This document shows positions 18,718-25,357 of a stretch of 34,700 nucleotides of DNA, one piece after another (position 1 is the first letter of the stretch; the number at the start of each line of letters is the position of its first letter). The position numbers and the translations under genes are program-made. This DNA comes from a virus (taxonomy: Duplodnaviria; Caudoviricetes), in the IMG/VR virus record IMGVR_UViG_3300002307_000135, positions 1 through 34,700 of that record. One strand, written 5' to 3'. The notes under the pieces were generated by a model. The model had not been told where the DNA came from. It did not search any database and was given only the letters and a program-made list of their open reading frames with translations.

Positions 18718-18986
18718 GCCATTGGGCCTCTGGACATCAGTCCTTTGGTAGCGGCACCGGTGCCGCGCATCTTGATGCCGGATGTTTCAACTTTGTCGTT
18801 GATGCCAATGCTCATGCCGTTGGGCACTGGATCTTCCAAGCTCACTTGGTCAGCCACCTTCTTGGTCATGTACTCCTTGCGCGGAGTACTGCCGTCAACA
18901 GCTTGGCCTTTAGAGTTGTGTGGCTGGGCGTAAACGGACGCTGGCCCGTTTTCTTTGCCCATGCTTTTGGAACTGAACGTAGCCAT
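18714..18986 (-). CDS. Small basic hypothetical protein (90 aa)
   Basis: C-terminal GIKMRGTGAATKGLMSRGPMA; coupled to both neighbours. Confidence 0.75.
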   Translation of the reverse strand: MATFSSKSMGKENGPASVYAQPHNSKGQAVDGSTPRKEYMTKKVADQVSLEDPVPNGMSIGINDKVETSGIKMRGTGAATKGLMSRGPMA

Positions 18987-19252
18987 TATTTGCCCCTTGA
19001 AGAACCGCGCTGATTGGCAGCACGAGCCATATTGCGGCCCATAGATTTCATCGACATACCAGTAACGCCACCTTTGGCCATGCGATCAAGCCCGCCCTTT
19101 TTCAGAACGATCTTGGTGCCTTTGCCGCCTTTATGCTCTTGGGAGTCATGCTCCTTAAAAGCCTTCTTAATCATAGCGACGTCTTGCTTTTTGTCCATCT
19201 TTTCTTCGCGCTTTTGCTCAGACTTGGACTCGCCCATTTCTTTCTTGGCCAT
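18986..19252 (-). CDS. Small Lys/Met-rich protein (88 aa)
   Basis: AGGAG RBS; KKGG and AKGG motifs. Confidence 0.75.
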   Translation of the reverse strand: MAKKEMGESKSEQKREEKMDKKQDVAMIKKAFKEHDSQEHKGGKGTKIVLKKGGLDRMAKGGVTGMSMKSMGRNMARAANQRGSSRGK

Positions 19253-19261
19253 AATAAACTC

Positions 19262-19651
19262 CTATGTTGCCGATACCGTAACTGTACCAATACTTCCGCG
19301 TAAAACCAAGTTGTTTGGTGTCAATACGGAATCAAAACTGCTAGCTCCCCCAATTGGGTTCCAGCCCCACTGAATATCCCGCGACCCGCCGCCCGGGAAT
19401 CCTAAATAGTCCACGCCCGACTGCGTGTAGCTGCGATCAGGACGCGGGTTGCGAACTGCCTGCGGGTCATCTACTGGGTACATACCCAACTGCAACTGCG
19501 GCTGATCGGGATCCCAGCACTCTGGGCAGACCAATAGGTTGTACAACTTGGTCTTAATTATCTCTTTTTTCAGCTCCGTCAGCTTAAAGCGGAATCCACA
19601 CCGATCGCATTCGGCGATTGAATTCTTGCCGGATGCGAACCTATTACCCAT
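19262..19651 (-). CDS. Zn-finger-like conserved phage protein (129 aa)
   Basis: Start MGNRFASGK. CDRCGF...VCPECWDPDQPQL gives two CxxC pairs. Confidence 0.8.
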   Translation of the reverse strand: MGNRFASGKNSIAECDRCGFRFKLTELKKEIIKTKLYNLLVCPECWDPDQPQLQLGMYPVDDPQAVRNPRPDRSYTQSGVDYLGFPGGGSRDIQWGWNPIGGASSFDSVLTPNNLVLRGSIGTVTVSAT

Positions 19652-19652
19652 A

Positions 19653-20600
19653 TTATCCGCCCGATCCGATGTACATACGGCGCGGCACAAACCGCACAGA
19701 TGCTTTTTCCCGGTCTTCGTCAGACGCCAACTGCCAAGCCTCGTCGTACTGGGCTTTCAAAACCGGCAGGCGATCCATCGAGTTTGGGATCTTGAGCGCC
19801 ATGTAATAGGCAAGCCCGGCCACCATCGCGGTAATGAACCGGAACGGCACATCCATGACGTTGACGCCAGTACCTGCGTCTTGCATGCGGCGCAGCCGCC
19901 AGTACACGAATTGGTATGTGGTGGAGCCGTCCGGCGTTGGCCAGACGGTGATGCTATTTTTCTGGGACAGGGTTAACACCGAGCTGATATTGTGCGATGC
20001 CGCTGTCGTTGTCCCTTGGCCCCGTGTGCAGTTGAGCAAATAGGCCGGGGTTGTGGAAGTGGCCGCTTGGGTTTCGTTAAACCCAATTAGCTCAGAGTCA
20101 ATCGTCACAAACCCGGCTGTGGGCACGCCGGAGAGGGAAGTCACCGGGATTTGGGTGGTCGTGGCCGTGATGCCTGCCTGCAAGCTCACCGGCAAAATCG
20201 AGTCCTGCGCAGTCAGGCGCTGAATCCAAACCTGAATTGGCCGGGCCTGCACCAGTTTGTTGGGAATCGTAGCGTAGGTAGAAACGCTGATCCGAGTAAT
20301 AGTTAGGTCAGCTTGATTGTTTGGGACATTGGCTTGGGTGCGGATGACGTGCTCAAGCAAGTCCACGGTGTCGTCTGGTAGTGCGTAAGTGGGTTGCCCC
20401 TGCACCAAAGTGATCGTCTGCTGTTCAAACGTCCACATGTTGATGCCACGGTTGGCCCAATCCGCAAACAAAAGGTTTAAAGACCGACGTGCTGTACGCA
20501 GGTCATAGCCGGTGCGCAGCTCCGAGCCAGCGCGCTCATACGCTTCCTCAACAATTTCCGTGAGGTCAATATTGAACGCAGCAGCCCCGGAGGTTGTCAT
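19653..20600 (-). CDS. Head completion / adaptor protein (P22 gp4-like position), 315 aa, with Thr-rich insertion
   Basis: EEAYERAG...YDLRTARRSLNLLFADWANRGINMWT, ITVWPTPD, DVPFRF...MVAGLAYY motifs. Confidence 0.7.
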   Translation of the reverse strand: MTTSGAAAFNIDLTEIVEEAYERAGSELRTGYDLRTARRSLNLLFADWANRGINMWTFEQQTITLVQGQPTYALPDDTVDLLEHVIRTQANVPNNQADLTITRISVSTYATIPNKLVQARPIQVWIQRLTAQDSILPVSLQAGITATTTQIPVTSLSGVPTAGFVTIDSELIGFNETQAATSTTPAYLLNCTRGQGTTTAASHNISSVLTLSQKNSITVWPTPDGSTTYQFVYWRLRRMQDAGTGVNVMDVPFRFITAMVAGLAYYMALKIPNSMDRLPVLKAQYDEAWQLASDEDREKASVRFVPRRMYIGSGG

Positions 20601-20848
20601 TTTGCGGCCCTAATGTTGTCAACAAGGTTTGGGTATGGGCGACGGGCAGCTTTAGCGGTGGCTTTAGCTTTGGCTTTCTTTGCCGGTGGCAGCGCTTTTG
20701 GCGCACCGAGATTTTTAGGTCTCGGCTTGTCCCACACTTTGCCACCTTTGGCAAACTGCTCAAAGTCAGTATCGTCACGGCGAGCGACGCGCTTGCCCTT
20801 GGGCATTTTTGAGGGATTGACGTCCCCCATTCCACGGCTGGCCATCAT
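20597..20848 (-). CDS. Small basic protein (83 aa)
   Basis: MMASRGMG start, FAKGGKV, RPYPNLVDN; coupled to the downstream gene. Confidence 0.75.
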   Translation of the reverse strand: MMASRGMGDVNPSKMPKGKRVARRDDTDFEQFAKGGKVWDKPRPKNLGAPKALPPAKKAKAKATAKAARRPYPNLVDNIRAAK

Positions 20849-20855
20849 GGTGCTT

Positions 20856-21044
20856 TTACTTGCGGGTCATGCCGCCACCGCACATTGCTTTGACCTGATC
20901 TGCAAACATCTTGTGGTCGGCGGCGTGGGGGCGCATGAAATCGTTGTGGTGCTTGTGCCCTGCGGCGTGTTGCATCACGTGCTCGTTGTGCATCTTGTGC
21001 GCAGGAGTCGGCTCTTTCATCAGTGGAGGATGATCGTTTTTCAT
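20856..21044 (-). CDS. Small His/Met-rich protein (62 aa)
   Basis: AAGGAG RBS; 10 His and 8 Met. Confidence 0.75.
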   Translation of the reverse strand: MKNDHPPLMKEPTPAHKMHNEHVMQHAAGHKHHNDFMRPHAADHKMFADQVKAMCGGGMTRK

Positions 21045-21053
21045 GGTTGCTCC

Positions 21054-21443
21054 TTATTTGCGGACTTTGCCGCCGCGTTTCATACCAGTGTCGGAACCAG
21101 CCATCTTGGGCATCATTCCACGGGTCTTGCCGCGCTCGGCAATACCGTCACGGCTGGGGGCTGCGGTCTTAACTGCGCCCATTGATTTGCTGTCTGCTGC
21201 CATTTTTTTCGTTGCCATAAGTCCACCTTTTGCAAATAAGGCCTCTTGACCGTGATCGGTCTTTGGCCGGTTAACGCCTTCTAAACTAGGCCGAGTGTAG
21301 CCACCTGACCTAAACTTCTTGCCTTTGTCGGCTTGGAGGAAGTCCTCCCCGACGCTTTGCTTGATCCCAACCTTCTTGGCAAATGCAGGGTTTTTGGCCA
21401 CTGCGGCCATCAGGTTGTGTTGCTTCTTACTTGTCGACGGCAT
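21054..21443 (-). CDS. Small basic protein (129 aa)
   Basis: Start MPSTSKKQHNLMAAVA at 21443; FAKKVGI, DGIAERGKTRG, MKRGGKV. Confidence 0.75.
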   Translation of the reverse strand: MPSTSKKQHNLMAAVAKNPAFAKKVGIKQSVGEDFLQADKGKKFRSGGYTRPSLEGVNRPKTDHGQEALFAKGGLMATKKMAADSKSMGAVKTAAPSRDGIAERGKTRGMMPKMAGSDTGMKRGGKVRK

Positions 21444-21633
21444 CGTCGGCCTTCTTTTGTCCAATGACTTCGGAAAATGATTTGCCTGTTGCCATCTCAA
21501 CGATACGCATCACGCCGACAATCGCGCCAATAAGTCCAAACACAGGTGATATCACTTCCAAAAATGAACCAATGGTTGAGAATATTGCCAAGATGTCTAG
21601 GACGTCTTTCATGGCCGTGGAGTGTTCGTTCAT
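21427..21633 (-). CDS. Small membrane protein (68 aa)
   Basis: GAGG RBS; long hydrophobic segment. Confidence 0.65.
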   Translation of the reverse strand: MNEHSTAMKDVLDILAIFSTIGSFLEVISPVFGLIGAIVGVMRIVEMATGKSFSEVIGQKKADDAVDK

Positions 21634-21641
21634 ATACTACC

Positions 21642-21887
21642 TCAGCAATTCCAAGCCCGAAGGCTCTTGTTTATACGCGAATTCGGATCTTTGGCCGTCT
21701 TCTCGCTGGTAAGTTTTTTCTTCATCCCACTCATCCTTGCGCAGAAAGAGTCGCGCCTGCTGCCGCCTTCGGGCTGGGGAGGTTTCAAATTCATCCCTTG
21801 CTTTTTGGCAGAGGCCCGCCCCTTGGCGTTTAGGCCACCCTTCTCCGACTTGCCCTCTTTGCGTTGCCATGCTGGTGACTTAGCCAT
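21642..21887 (-). CDS. Conserved basic phage protein (DUF6321-like), 81 aa
   Basis: MAKSPAWQRKEGK...GGLNAKGRAS...RRDSFCARMSGM...DPNSRINKSLRAWNC. Confidence 0.75.
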   Translation of the reverse strand: MAKSPAWQRKEGKSEKGGLNAKGRASAKKQGMNLKPPQPEGGSRRDSFCARMSGMKKKLTSEKTAKDPNSRINKSLRAWNC

Positions 21888-22368
21888 AAAACACCGTAGC
21901 AGCAATGTTGGCCGGAACGCCTACATAAATACCATCAGTGGCCAAAATGCCTTCACCGGGAATAATGACGTTGACTGGCACACTGTTAGTGATGTCAATT
22001 TCCATCAACGCTTGGGCGTATACGGACACATTACCGGTTCCTGATGAAGATGGCACAGTTGCAGTAAATGTGGTTGGGCCGGTTACGGTGATAGTGTAAA
22101 TATTGTCCGTACCATTCCCAGATGTGTAGTCCAAAAACACTCTAGCGCCAGTGGCAAGCCCATGTCCAGCAGCAACAGTAACCGTGACGGTAGTTGTTGA
22201 AATGCTGTATGTGCCAGCCAATGACACGTTATTGGCAAAATATATGTTTGCCGGTGTGCCAGAAGTGGTATTTGAAACAACCGCGCCTTTTAAACGGCAG
22301 CGCGTGGTGGTTCCTACGCTAGAGGCGCTGGTCTGAACGTGAAACGACTTTACGTCGGTCTGCATCAT
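21880..22368 (-). CDS. Virion structural protein (162 aa) with inserted beta domain
   Basis: AAGGAG RBS. MQTDVKS start and IPGEGILATDGIYV...TVFYG end. Confidence 0.75.
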   Translation of the reverse strand: MMQTDVKSFHVQTSASSVGTTTRCRLKGAVVSNTTSGTPANIYFANNVSLAGTYSISTTTVTVTVAAGHGLATGARVFLDYTSGNGTDNIYTITVTGPTTFTATVPSSSGTGNVSVYAQALMEIDITNSVPVNVIIPGEGILATDGIYVGVPANIAATVFYG

Positions 22369-22384
22369 GATTGATTACTCCTTA

Positions 22385-22406
22385 AAAGTCGGGGGCCGAA
22401 GCCCCC
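22385..22406 (-). terminator. UUCG hairpin, weak terminator or stabiliser
   Basis: GGGGGC-TTCG-GCCCCC followed by GACTTTT, 10 bp after the stop at 22417. Confidence 0.55.
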
Positions 22407-22416
22407 TAGCAATCAA

Positions 22417-23115
22417 TTAGTCGAAGTTACCGTAGGGGTAAGCAGTCGTAGAACCGATGTTGTTGTCCGGCTGGGTATAGCGCAACGAAAAGTTGAACTT
22501 ACCGCCGGTAGGAGCTGCCACGGATGTGCCGGTGATCGACAAAGTAAACACAACTTGCGACAGCGGGGGTATGCCATTACCAACAACGATGTCAGTCGTA
22601 GTAGCCAGCAGGTTAGTCAACTGAGTTGCCGAGTATGTAATTGACTTACGACCGGCGGTGCCAACAGTTGTAGTTCCCAGTTGAACAGTTCCGTAGGTGG
22701 GGGTGCCAGCAGCCAAAGTCACGCCGTTCGACACAAACACGCTTACGTCAGACAGAGTGGCTCCGCTTTCGCCGGTGATTGCCAAGATGTAATCAATGGT
22801 AATGTCTTGAATCGTGCAACCTGTGGGCAGATAGAAAACTGCGCCACGGTAAACTTGGGTGCTCACGTCTGCGGCGGGGGTTGCCGTTGTGGCCGGATAG
22901 GCGGTAGACGGTGTGTAAAGCTGGGTGGGGAGATTAGGAATACCGTTGGAGTACACAAACTGACCTGAGCCACCGGCATAGCCGTTGGTGCCCGAAGTGC
23001 TATTGGAAAGGTCAATGTAAGCGTCTTGAACCAACTCAGAGTAACCTACGTTACGCAGGGGGCCAAAACGGTTATCGCCCGCGAGAACCGGGCCTTCAAA
23101 TGTGGAACGTGCCAT
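22417..23115 (-). CDS. Capsid-associated structural / decoration protein (232 aa)
   Basis: MARSTFEGPV N-terminus, of the type I associate with the gene that normally follows the Mu-gpT-like capsid gene; AAGGA RBS; beta-rich. Confidence 0.7.
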   Translation of the reverse strand: MARSTFEGPVLAGDNRFGPLRNVGYSELVQDAYIDLSNSTSGTNGYAGGSGQFVYSNGIPNLPTQLYTPSTAYPATTATPAADVSTQVYRGAVFYLPTGCTIQDITIDYILAITGESGATLSDVSVFVSNGVTLAAGTPTYGTVQLGTTTVGTAGRKSITYSATQLTNLLATTTDIVVGNGIPPLSQVVFTLSITGTSVAAPTGGKFNFSLRYTQPDNNIGSTTAYPYGNFD

Positions 23116-23129
23116 GACAAAAAGTCCTT

Positions 23130-23199
23130 ATGCAAAAGTTCCGTTACCAATTGTTGCATCATCTGCTGGGGCAGTCCGGTAACGGTAATCACCCAGATG
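23130..23199 (-). ncRNA. Structured leader RNA with two hairpins and an 8-bp loop-loop pairing; possibly the Mu-gpT-DE RNA motif
   Basis: Stem a (23192-23199 with 23160-23171), stem c (ATGCAA/TTGCAT, 23154-23159 with 23130-23135), complementary loops CCGTTACC/GGTAACGG (23178-23185 with 23141-23148). The family name is inferred from context only. Confidence 0.6.
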
Positions 23200-23205
23200 G
23201 GGGTT

Positions 23206-23233
23206 AATATACACTATTTTCAGGTAGTGTCAA
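23206..23233 (-). promoter_or_regulatory. Sigma70-like promoter TTGACA-N16-TATATT
   Basis: Perfect -35 and a 5/6 -10. Predicted +1 (~23199) coincides with the 5' end of the structured leader. Contains an ACACTA-N8-TAGTGT inverted repeat (23211-23230). Confidence 0.7.
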
Positions 23234-23234
23234 T

Positions 23235-23609
23235 ATGCCGTACAAAGATCCAGCAAAACGCAAGGAAAAGGCTAAAGAGTACTCAGCCAAGCACTACGCC
23301 GCCAACAGCGCGGCCCAAAAAGTAAGGACAAAGGCAGGCAGGAAGGTGGGTAGGGAAAAATGGAACGAATTCAAAGCAACCCTGATGTGTACCCAATGTG
23401 GGATATCACACCCCGCCGTTTTAGATTTCCACCACCCACCCGGCACAAAAGAATTCAGTGTCCACAAGCTGGTACAAAATGGCCGGTACAAAAAAGCCCG
23501 CAAAGAAGCCGAAAAGTGCATAGTCTTCTGTGCTAACTGTCACCGAATCCACCACCACGACGAACGCGCAGCAAAGAAAAAGGGGGCCGAAGCCCCCCAG
23601 TCTGGGTAG
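23235..23609 (+). CDS. HNH endonuclease (free-standing, antisense to the operon)
   Basis: CTQCG...LDFHH...EAEKCIVFCANCHRIHH: Zn-binding CxxC pairs and HNH core after a basic N-terminal helix. Confidence 0.85.
   Translation: MPYKDPAKRKEKAKEYSAKHYAANSAAQKVRTKAGRKVGREKWNEFKATLMCTQCGISHPAVLDFHHPPGTKEFSVHKLVQNGRYKKARKEAEKCIVFCANCHRIHHHDERAAKKKGAEAPQSG
23573..23597 (-). terminator. Rho-independent terminator after the acidic-protein gene
   Basis: GGGGGC-TTCG-GCCCCC-TTTTTCTTT; the 16-bp hairpin is identical to that at 22391-22406. Confidence 0.8.
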
Positions 23610-23621
23610 GATCGTACCCAA

Positions 23622-23918
23622 TTACGCAGCGACTTCTTCCTCTTCGTCAGCAGACTCCTCGTCTTCCTCAACGTCGATTTCAACCCAGTCATCTTCGTCA
23701 GCGTCATACATATACCAAACGTCGTTCTCCTCGTCCAGCCAGTACGCATTGCCTTCGTCGTCGTACACGTACTCTTCCTCGTCGTCCTCGGCTACTTCAT
23801 CGTCAATGCCTTCCATGCGCTCAACAAAGCCGACCATAGCCACGGTCTTCCAAAACTCAGTGGTAGAAAACTCAACGCTTTCGCCCCAACCCAAATCAAT
23901 TGTCAACTTAAAGTCCAT
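23622..23918 (-). CDS. Extremely acidic small protein (98 aa)
   Basis: Start MDFKL with AGGGG upstream; about 40 Asp/Glu versus 3 Lys/Arg; has its own terminator. Confidence 0.8.
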   Translation of the reverse strand: MDFKLTIDLGWGESVEFSTTEFWKTVAMVGFVERMEGIDDEVAEDDEEEYVYDDEGNAYWLDEENDVWYMYDADEDDWVEIDVEEDEESADEEEEVAA

Positions 23919-24046
23919 GATAAACCCCTGTAAAAATGGTGCAGCACGGCGCTGCGACCACATCTTATGCACGATTTATGACACTTTAAGGCGCTAATGT
24001 CTGAGAATTTAACCATGCAAATTTAACGTCAGACTTTAAAATTACA

Positions 24047-24121
24047 TGGTTGCGGAGGCCGGGGTTGCACCGGCGATCTTTCGGTTATGAGCCGAACGGA
24101 TTCCTACTTTCCCACTCCGCG
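24047..24121 (-). tRNA. tRNA-Met(CAT), initiator (fMet)-type, with encoded CCA
   Basis: CGCGGAG TG GGAAAGTAGGAATCC G TTCGG CTCATAA CCGAA AGATC GCCGG TGCAACC CCGGC CTCCGCA ACCA: full cloverleaf with C1xA72 mismatch and purine11:pyrimidine24. Confidence 0.92.
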
Positions 24122-24129
24122 ATATAGGT

Positions 24130-24369
24130 TGTTGGTGGTTGTGCACATAAAGCAGTGTAGCCTGATTTATCCGAAATGGAACTCCAACGGCGGCGCTAAC
24201 CCGCCGGACAACCACCAACACGGCTGGGGACTGCACTTAAAGTCGGAACGCGTCCCACGGCTTCTAGCTGCCTCAATCCCCATGCGTGTTGATGTTGGTA
24301 CTCGCTGCACTGTGGGCCGCATGGGTTCAAGACTCAATTGTTTTAAACCACAGCATCCGCTTTCCCAAC
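24130..24369 (-). ncRNA. Candidate cluster of three consecutive structured small RNAs upstream of the tRNA
   Basis: 13-bp perfect inverted repeat 24130-24142/24208-24220; interrupted stem CAACACG-CA-TGGGGA/TCCCCA-GC-CGTGTTG across 24216-24291; GTTGG/CCAAC plus CTGTGG/CCACAG stems across 24294-24369. No credible CDS here. Confidence 0.6.
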
Positions 24370-24385
24370 GACGCGATCATACAAC

Positions 24386-24410
24386 AAAAAAGGGCTCCCG
24401 AAGGAGCCCT
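24386..24410 (-). terminator. Rho-independent terminator after the major capsid gene
   Basis: AGGGCTCC-TTCG-GGAGCCCT followed by a T run. Confidence 0.88.
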
Positions 24411-24432
24411 CTCAGCAGGGGTAAACCCTAGC

Positions 24433-25344
24433 TTAGTAAGAACCAGCCGAGCCGTAGATGCCCAGAGGATCAGACCAGCCGAAGCTGTAACGCTCACGAG
24501 ACTTGTAACGGACGTTGCCGGTATCGAAGTCGCCGTCCATGCTGTTTTGCAGGGCGACGCGCTCGAAGTGCTTCAGGCCGTTAGGTACGTCTGTGGTCAG
24601 GAACCAAGCGTTGGGGTCGGTCAAGAAGTGGTTAACAGTGTATCCCTCGGGGATCGAACCGTTATTCTTCAAGGCATTGATGTCGTTGTTGTTTGTACCA
24701 ACGCGCAGTTCTGTTTCCAGCAGGCGGGTAGCAACGAACATCAAGGCAGTCGGGATCACCAACTTGCGAGGCTTAGCAGCGATCAACAGGCCACGCTCGT
24801 CCGTCCAAGCGGCGATCTGGATAACGGCGGCTTCCAAGGAAGTCTCGTTCAGATCGGACTGGGTAGTCGGAGTATTGCTGTTGGTACCGCCATTGACCAG
24901 CGGGTGGGAAGTGCTGAACAGAGAAACGCCATCGCCGCCAACGTATTGGGCAGAGAAACCGTTGTTCAAAACAGCAGCAGCTTTAACCTGCTTGGTGTAC
25001 GCCATAGCGCGGGCCAGACCTTTGGTGTAACGAGCAGACAGGCTGTCGTACAGGTTGTCCTCAATCGCCTCTTCGGTGATCGAGAAGCCCAAGGCAATGG
25101 TCTCGTGGTTGTAGCGTGCAGTCCATGCTTCCTGTGCATTGTCATACTGGATGGCAGAGCCCTCGCCTTTGACAGGTGCAGCAGAAAAACCAGACAACTT
25201 GGTCTCTTCTTCAAAGCTACGCTCGGAGGTTTCGGTTTCATAAATTTCTTTATGTTCCTCGCCATAACGGGCGTACTCAAGACCAAACAGGGCGTTAAGC
25301 CCGGGGAGCAACTCTTTAAGTAGCTGTGCGCGTGAAATAGCCAT
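24433..25344 (-). CDS. Major capsid protein (Mu gpT-like family, HK97 fold), 303 aa
   Basis: MAISRAQLLKELLPGLNALFGLEY, SERSFEEE, FSITEEAIEDNLY, NHFLTDPNAWF, DFDTGNVRYKSRERYSFGWSDP; AAGGAG RBS; followed by a terminator. Confidence 0.92.
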   Translation of the reverse strand: MAISRAQLLKELLPGLNALFGLEYARYGEEHKEIYETETSERSFEEETKLSGFSAAPVKGEGSAIQYDNAQEAWTARYNHETIALGFSITEEAIEDNLYDSLSARYTKGLARAMAYTKQVKAAAVLNNGFSAQYVGGDGVSLFSTSHPLVNGGTNSNTPTTQSDLNETSLEAAVIQIAAWTDERGLLIAAKPRKLVIPTALMFVATRLLETELRVGTNNNDINALKNNGSIPEGYTVNHFLTDPNAWFLTTDVPNGLKHFERVALQNSMDGDFDTGNVRYKSRERYSFGWSDPLGIYGSAGSY

Positions 25345-25357
25345 TTTAAGTTACTCC

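Noticed and set aside
23965-23984. Pho-box-like GTGTCATAAATCGTGCAT upstream of the acidic gene
   Set aside because: The second half-site matches only 4/7 and there is no properly spaced -10; too weak to call.
23990-24046. HDV-like (theta) ribozyme in the tRNA 3' trailer
   Set aside because: The trailer is AT-rich with only a short GTCTGA/TCAGAC stem; the nested double pseudoknot could not be built.
24087-24431. ORFs 24087-24431 (+) and 24042-24236 (-)
   Set aside because: They overlap the tRNA, hairpins and terminator, and have no RBS or protein-like features.
24411-24440. Programmed frameshift or readthrough extension of the capsid protein
   Set aside because: No slippery heptamer near the stop, a second in-frame stop follows within a few codons, and a terminator comes immediately after.
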